This document shows, in pieces, positions 55,441-64,000 of a stretch of 64,000 bases of DNA. The stretch covers positions 59,458,001-59,522,000 of the forward strand of contig OX597826.1 of NCBI GenBank assembly GCA_951406725.2. The letters run 5' to 3'. Source of the stretch: Octopus vulgaris (lineage: Eukaryota). The notes under the pieces were generated by a model that did not search any database, was not told where the DNA came from, and saw nothing but the letters and a program-made list of their open reading frames with translations. Every line of letters starts with the position of its first letter. Within the stretch, counting starts at the first letter, position 1. A program made the position numbers and the translations under genes.

Positions 55441-57112
55441 GTACATATATACATATATCTACATATACATACATATATACACAAGTAGACATGTATATGT
55501 ATATACATCCATAATACATACATATTTATATGTGTGTGTGCGTATATACATATATATATACAACACACGTACACACACATACACACACACATACGCACAC
55601 ATACACACACATATTTCGTTGATATTGTGCTAAACTGTCGTATGTCAAAATTTGGCCAAATCCGTTTTTTTTTTAATATTTAATTTTGCTTGCAATAACT
55701 ATTTTTTTTTTTTTTATCAAAGTATCGTTTCTCCAGCTGCTTCAAATGAAAATTTTCAAAGTGTAGTACAACTGCCTCGCATTTTTTGAAGGTGTATTAA
55801 GGCCCACATTCGACAGATTTGCAAAAATATTTCTGACTGAAAATATCATACATGCATGGAGTTGCAAATTTATGCACCCAACAAAGTATTATTGCTAAGC
55901 TGAAACCGTTGCTAATGCAAAAAGAAATGGAGTGGTGGAACTTTTTTTTCGCTTTCTGAAAATGCAACGTTTTGGTCTTACAACACATTTGCATAGTAGC
56001 AAAGATATACATATACATACATACATACACATATATATATATATACTGATAACCCATTTCCAAAGAAACATAAATTTCTACAGACCTTATACACAAACAA
56101 TAAAAGACCTACAAAAATAATCAAATTTATAACCACCAATAAAACAAACCTAATATTTCCAGGATTTTTAGAAAAAGGTACATGAATCTTAAGTGTCCCT
56201 TCATTATAACCGAAAAAATTACCGATTAGGGGTCCCTAACACACACAAAAGAACAATTCTAGACACAGGTAGCCTCAGGACATCTAAATCTAAGAAGGAA
56301 CACTATTACTATTGTAAACTAGATAGAAACAGAAAAATTATGAACGCAAACAAAAGCAACAACACACTGAGAGCTTTATAAGATCACTTTTCTCTCAGAT
56401 CCTGTCAATACCAGGAGGGTCAAATCAAAATATTAGAAACCGAAGATAATCGATCTCTTATATAAAAATCTTTCAAACACGACAAATTCCAATCTTCACA
56501 GAAATTCAGAATCACACCAATTTCACAATATACTAAATTCAATGACATAGAGGACAATAACCCTCAGTTCTGTAGAAAATTATGTTTAATAGGGAGAAAT
56601 CACAAAGAAAATACTAACGTAACGGTTGTACCGAATAAAAGCAATTACAAACCGGCAAACGGTAGGAACAAAGCATTAGATAAATTTTGTAATTTTACGT
56701 TCGAATTTCCTTTTAACTTCTTTCCGTTTTCACACACATACTACTCGTGAGCACACACACACGCACACATATACATGTACATATACACGCTCATATAACC
56801 AGACACTAACACATATATGTATGTTACCGGATATGTATAATGTCAGCTGTAGTGAAGCTGGCTCTGTCATTGTCTTTACAGGTTTTGATGATCATCTCCC
56901 AAGCACGCTTTAACCAAAAGAATTCAAAACTATTACTCAAATATTTTTTTGATAACCAATGTTCAAACTTGTAAATAGATAAATTAGTTAATTAGTTGTT
57001 AATAAGTAATTAATTAGTTTTTTTTGTTACAGCTGGAAAACAAATGTAGAAAAAAATTAAATGCATTTCTACGGATATAACTGGAATTAATGACTAGTAA
57101 ACACAAGCAAGT

Positions 57113-57357
57113 GGAGGCGCGTGGCTTAGTGGTTAGGGTGTTGAACTCATTATTGTAAGGTTGTGGTTTCGATTCCTGGACCGGGTGATGTGTTGTGTTC
57201 TTGAGAAAAACACTTCATTTCACATTGCTCCAGTCCCCTCGGCTGGCAAAAATAAGCAATCCTGCGACGTACAGGCATCCTGTCCAGGTGGGGAATTTCT
57301 ACGCCACTGAAACCGGGAAACCGGCCCTTATGAGCCTGGCATGACTCAAGAAGGAAC
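57113..57357 (+). mobile_element. SINE family D with tail type 1
   Basis: Family D head and body; tail GAAACCGGGAAACCGGCCCTTATGAGCCTGGC. Confidence 0.8.
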
Positions 57358-57363
57358 ATTTTC

Positions 57364-57630
57364 GGAGGCGCAATGGTCCAGTGGTTAGGGCAGCGGACTC
57401 GCAGTCGGAGGATCGTGGTTTCGATTCCCAGACCGGGCGTTGTGTATGTTTATTGAGCGAAAACATCTAAAAGCTCCACGAGGCTCCGGCAGGGGGTGGT
57501 GGTGACCCCTGTTGTACTCTTCGCCACAACTTTCTCTCACTCTCTCTTCCTATTTCTATACTAACGCTGCGATGGACTGGCATCCTGTCCAGCTGGGGTG
57601 GGGCCAAATATGCCACAGAAACCGGGAAAA
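57364..57630 (+). mobile_element. SINE family C with tail type 1
   Basis: Directly follows the family D copy. Confidence 0.85.
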
Positions 57631-57664
57631 ATATATTATTTAACTAAGTTTTGTATTTTTTATC

Positions 57665-58131
57665 TTTAACTCGTTTCAATTATTAGACGGCAGTCATGCT
57701 GGGACACCGCCTTGAATAATTTTTAGGCGAATATATCGACGCAAGTATTTAGTTTTATACATTCATTATATCGGTGTCTTAGGCTAAACTGCTAAGTTAG
57801 GAGACGTAAACAACACAGCAAAGGTTGTCAAAAGTTGGTGAGGAACAAACACAGACAGAAACACATTCAAGCGCACACACATACACGCGCGCGCATACAC
57901 ACACACACACACACATGTGCACGCACACTTATACACAGACACACTCACACGTGTGTGTATATATATATACATACAAGGGGCTTCTATCAGTTTCCGGCTA
58001 TCAAATGCAGTCACAAGTCTTTGATCGACACGTTGCTATAGTAAAATACACTTGCCGAAGTTGCCACGCAGAGAGACTGAACCCTGAAGCATGTGGTTGG
58101 GAAACAATCTACTTAATACACAGCCTAGGCA
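57665..58131 (-). mobile_element. SINE family B, diverged
   Basis: GGACTGAACCC-like, CTTCTATCAGTTTCCG and GACGTAAACA motifs. Confidence 0.7.
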
Positions 58132-58355
58132 TAATGGAATGAAATTTTTGGCATAAGATTACCTATTTTACGGGGAGGGCGTGAAGATTTCATTTACTCA
58201 GCGCTTAACTAAAACTTATCTTGCTGACCGTGAAATTAAGAAAGGAGAGTTGATCTCAGCGAATTTTGGAATTAGAAAATAAAGAGCTAAAATCAGAAAG
58301 TAAAGAGATATTGTCCAGCAAAGTGTATATTCTGTAAGCGCATATATATATATAT

Positions 58356-58406
<51 letters not shown>

Positions 58407-58410
<4 letters not shown>

Positions 58411-58590
58411 CGAAACACGCATTGAGTCGAAACAGGGGCAGCTGAAGAAGGGGAATGTTCCTTGTGTTGTATGTCTTGTACTCTGTTTTTTCGTTGTGAA
58501 AAAAATGTCCGTTTCCTTGTTTTGTTTTTATGTTTTCGTTTCTCGTTGTGTTCTACGTTTTTTTTTTTGTGGTGTCCTGGACCCATATAT
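58407..58590 (+). mobile_element. Penelope-like tail fragment between (TA)n tracts
   Basis: Homologous to 10135-10302 in reverse. Confidence 0.5.
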
Positions 58591-59145
58591 GCATATATAT
58601 ATACATATAGATGCAGGTATGTACATATATGTATGTATGCAAATGTTTTATTTATTAAATTGTTATTATATATAAATGCGACGAATTTGCCATTAAAACG
58701 GTAGTGATACTATTCCTGATAAATAGGAAATAAAAAAAAGAGTGAGAAAAATAAAACTAGGCAAGCAGAGAAATATCACTAACGTGTAGGGCCTCTTCTA
58801 CCCCACCAAAATGAATGAATAAATAAATAGTAAAATAAGTAAATAATTGAAAATAAAGGGAAGAAAATCACACACTAACAAGTAGTTTGTAATGTTTATT
58901 TATCATGCAAAAATTGTCGATACAATTTATAATTTACCTCTCCGCTCTAAGTGCAATTTGCAATCAATACAAACGCGATTTCAAATTGAAGATTTCACAT
59001 CATCTAAGCAAACGCAACGTTACATATATACATGCAGGAAGACAGACATGCATACATATACATACATATATATACATACACATACGCGCGCGCGCACACA
59101 CACTCACACACACACACACAAGCACATATATATATATATATAAGT

Positions 59146-59314
59146 GGAGGCGCAATGGCCCAGTTGTTAGGGCAGCGGACTCGCGGTCATAGGATCGTGG
59201 TTTCGATTGCCAGACCGGGCGTTGTGAGTGTTTATTGAGCGAAAACACCTAAAGCTCCACGAGACTCCGGCAGGGAATGGTGGTGATCCCTGCTGTACTC
59301 TTTCACCACAACTT
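59146..59314 (+). mobile_element. SINE family C 5' part (duplicate of the 59825 copy)
   Basis: Shares private variants with 59825-59973. Confidence 0.85.
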
Positions 59315-59823
<509 letters not shown>

Positions 59824-59824
59824 T

Positions 59825-60180
59825 GGAGGCGCAATGGCCCAGTTGTTAGGGCAGCAGACTCGCGGTCATAGGATCGTGGTTTCGATTGCCAGACCGGGCG
59901 AAAACACCTAAAGCTCCACGAGACTCCGGCAGGGAATGGTGGTGATCCCTGCTGTACTCTTTCACCACAACTTTCTCTCACTCTTACTTCCTGTTTCTGT
60001 TGTACCTGTATTTCAAAGGGCCGGCCTTGTCACTCTCTGTGTCACGCGGAATATCCCCGAGAACTACGTTAAGGGTACACGTGTCTGTGGAGTGCTCAGC
60101 CACTTACACGTTAATTTCACGAGCAGGCTGTTCCGTTGATTCGGATCAACCGGAACCCTCGTCGTCGTAACCGACGGAGG
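59825..60180 (+). mobile_element. SINE family C with tail type 3
   Basis: Tail ending CGTCGTCGTAACCGACGGAG, shared with the family D copy at 39480-39550. Confidence 0.85.
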
Positions 60181-60401
60181 GCTTCCATCCCATATATATA
60201 TAACAATTGCAGCGTGGAAGGTGTTTATAAGCCATTTAAGAAACACAAAATTCGTTAGATTCACTGCAACATTTAAATTTAATTTGTCAAAATATTTTCG
60301 TCGCTTTGAGACCGCGACCTGTTCACTGACAAAATACCGAGCTGCATATATATATGTATATACTTATATACACGGACATACGTACAAATATATATACATG
60401 G

Positions 60402-60433
<32 letters not shown>

Positions 60434-60440
60434 ATGTATG

Positions 60441-60506
<66 letters not shown>

Positions 60507-61962
60507 CGCGCGTGTGTGTAGTGGAGTACGCAACAAGCACCAATCAATATGGTAATCAAAGACACACACGTCACGGGCTAAATTATGGTTATTATGGTCA
60601 ACTGTTATCGCCACTACAAACTATATACTGCTAAGACATGAAAGAGTACCGTCAAAATTAAAATTTATATATAGGTACAAATTTATGTATAGGTTCATAT
60701 GAGACGCGACTCCAGGTCATCAGAGTCACTTGGGCTTATCAAAGGTTTCTTATAAGAAACATTTCACGTTTTTCCGCAGTATTTCTAGCCCCAGCTGGCT
60801 TAATTTGTTTTATATCTAGCATTATGTCTTTCTCAATTTCTAAGTTAAGTATAGAAATAGAGAAACCCTACAAAACACCACTGACCTTTACGCACAAACG
60901 CACTGAGTAACAGCAATCAAATAACGACGGTGGAGTGCACAACAAACATCAGCGACCTGGCTGTTGCCTGTACTCTTGAAAAGAGATGCCGGTTAGTCTT
61001 TTACACCTGCCAGGCTCGTTCGTGTTAGCCCGAGTTACTAGATAATTGTAGAACGGAAATTTTTCATAGATTGGAACTTGAATCCTAATCTCTATAGAAA
61101 TTTATTGCTTCAAGAAAACATTGAATTTGATTTATTTTTAATTTTTACGATACATAGATAACACCTCGGGCTGTAACTGCTGAGACCGAGTCAGGCGCGT
61201 GTGAACAATGTCGAGATAACATCTGTTACGAATGATATTTTTTGACACAGAGCACCACTAAGGCAACTGCCAGACACTGAACAAAAATAAATGGGCTGCA
61301 ACCAGGCTCAATAATAGGAGCCCGAGCTATTCACTGAAATTAAATACTTGAAAACCGTGTTGGCAGAAATGAAATCAGTTTACTAAATTTATACTCGGGC
61401 TAAGCCCGAAGAACTCGAATGCCAGAGTAGCCACTGGTACATATGTATATGTATTTCTACATTTATATGTATGCGCATTTATGTGTACTTTATATATGTA
61501 TATATATATATGTGTGTGTGTGTGTGTTTCTTTGTATTTAGATATACATGTCTTTATATACATATTTATATATACATATGGTTAAATAAATTTATTCTCC
61601 CATACCACTCATATATCTACACTAAGACCCAAACACACACCCAAATACTCAACACACACACACATATATAAATATGTGTGCTTGTATGAATTTTTTATAT
61701 ACATGTAGAGGTTGGTCTCGATTCTCGGAGAAGTGGGTAAATCAAAGAGCTCAATGCGTTAACACATATTTAAAACATTACAACCGAGAATCATATTCTT
61801 TAAAACACTTCGACCGAGAAACACTTGTACTATCCAGTACCACGAGCTTTTCATTGCCACTTTATCTGCTGTTAATCTGACCCTGTTATCTCTTGAATGA
61901 AGAATTTATTATACTTAACTGTGTTCGTACAGAGCTCTGTTTTTAGCATAGGATCTATATAA

Positions 61963-62170
61963 ATTTCTTTTCTACTCTAAGCACAAGGTCTGAAATATAT
62001 GGGACGGGGGCCAGTCGATTAGATCGATTCTAGTACTTAATTTATCGGTCCCGAAAGGTTGAAAAGCAAAGTTGACCTCCGTGGAATTTGAACTCAGAAC
62101 GAAAACACAGACGAAACACCGCTAAATATTTCGCCCGGCGCGCTTATGTTTCTGCCGGATCGCCGCCTTT
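61963..62170 (-). mobile_element. SINE family A
   Basis: GGAATTTGAACTCAGAACG...TCGCCGCCTT. Confidence 0.8.
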
Positions 62171-62792
62171 ACTATATATAATTCTGTTAATACACGGAGT
62201 AGCGAAACTTACAGACCTTAACACAGAAATATCTCAGTATAGATATGTATGTATGCAAATTACGCTTAGGAGTAAAGAACGTTTTATATTGGAAACTATT
62301 AACGTAATTATATTTTCAAAAGACCATTTTATCCACTGTTCTGATGTTGTTGTTTACATTTGTTTGTTATTTAGGGGTCTGAAATGAACCCTTTGTTTGA
62401 TGTATGATATTTCTCAAGTTATATGGAAATTAGTATAAAATTATTCTCTGATCCAATGTTTAATAGAAAAATATACGAGTAAAACTTGCATTTCCACTCG
62501 CTCTTTCTATCTACATCCCTTGATTAATTACTCTAGAAATTATTTATTAGTTAATAATGAACGGATTCAGCGGTTGATAAAGAGAATAATTCAGGAAGTA
62601 AGCCAGAGTAAAACACAGTGGGAGAGAATAAAGATAAAAGAACTGGAAATCGTGGCGGATGCAAAAGAAATGTGTGAAGGGGTATAATATGAATATAAAA
62701 GGCATACACTGCAAGCTCACGTTACGTAACTTATTGAATGCATACATCCATATATCTAAATCTACATCTGTATCTATTTCTATCTATCTATC

Positions 62793-62836
<44 letters not shown>

Positions 62837-63469
62837 CATATGTATATATATATATGTATATATGTATGCATATATACATATATATATACACATATATATA
62901 TGTATGTATATACATCGATAAATAGATAGTTGAATACATACATAGATACTTACATGCATGCATACATATTCTCAAATATTCATACAACTGTACAAATGCG
63001 CCCGTGCATCGCTGCATATAAACAAAGTCAAACTTACACACAGATATACTCACAAGTATAAAAATACTGACGCACATAAAGCAGCACACACACACACACA
63101 CACACATCCGCGCACATACACAAGTACAAGCACATACATTCATATATGTAAATATATATATTTGTATTTTGTATTTATGTATGTATATATATGTATTTAT
63201 TTATTTATTCACGTGTTTGTACATATATATGAGTTTTTCGTGTTTGTGTGTATGTGTATGTACGTATTTTCGTGCGTGGAACTGTTATCAGCATTCAAAA
63301 GCACACTGAAACTCGGGCAGGAAACGCAAAACTGGGACCTAAATGCACACTATCTGACACACACCAAACTTATGCAACACACAAATACATTTTCACAGTC
63401 ATACATAAACACGCATAGTCACCTTCACACAAGCAAACATCACAAAAGCATACATGTATACATCCCGAA

Positions 63470-63519
<50 letters not shown>

Positions 63520-63581
63520 GATAGATAGATTGAGATATAGATAGATAGACATATAATTATATATATATGTATGCATATATA

Positions 63582-63669
<88 letters not shown>

Positions 63670-63698
63670 TATATATACGTACGTATGTATGCATGCAT

Positions 63699-63743
<45 letters not shown>

Positions 63744-64000
63744 AGGACACAGAGATACACTCAACCTTACGAAAACCCATACGTGCATACATTCTTGCTA
63801 AAACACAAGCACGAAGGATTTTTCTATGATACTTTGATCTGAATCTCATCTCTGTAATATCCACAATTGAATGAAAATCTCTTTGAAGAGGAAGCACCAC
63901 TGTTGTAAAGGGTTTACTTATTTAGTTGCCTGGTGGTGAATTGTTGTGTTACTGAATAAGAGACGAAAAACAAGGTAGGAAAGAGAAGAATAGAGTAGAG

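Noticed and set aside
56050-56700. A-rich coding-like stretch, possibly a Penelope ORF remnant
   Set aside because: Too degraded to assign by eye; needs tBLASTx or an HMM search.
60708-60727. GACTC/GAGTC hairpin containing CTGATGA on the minus strand
   Set aside because: No GAAA box or other ribozyme/snoRNA elements nearby.

Overview
AT-rich, microsatellite-saturated eukaryotic DNA with no recognisable host gene or exon, i.e. intergenic or deep intronic. The SINE families and the (TA)n/(CATA)n/(GAT)n load look like an octopus (coleoid cephalopod) genome; this is inferred from recognising the repeats, not from a search. Nearly all long ORFs in the track are microsatellite or SINE artefacts. 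Identifiable content: four tRNA-derived SINE families (about 30 copies, some multimeric, with interchangeable 3' tails), two non-autonomous Helitrons, an internally deleted mariner, a tandem Gypsy LTR relic, fragments of restriction-like-endonuclease LINEs (R4/Dong-like, HERO-like), a Tx1/L1-like 3' end, and many short Penelope-like pseudo-LTR pieces. The most interesting signal is a dense set of type I hammerhead ribozyme (HHR) motifs in those Penelope-like pieces. Compact canonical motifs lie at 11118-11152 and 59557-59599. Two independent head-to-head inverted pairs (about 22.9-23.4 kb and 49.1-49.7 kb) have a stem II extended to about 80 nt, and a core variant at 60283-60333 keeps perfect stems.
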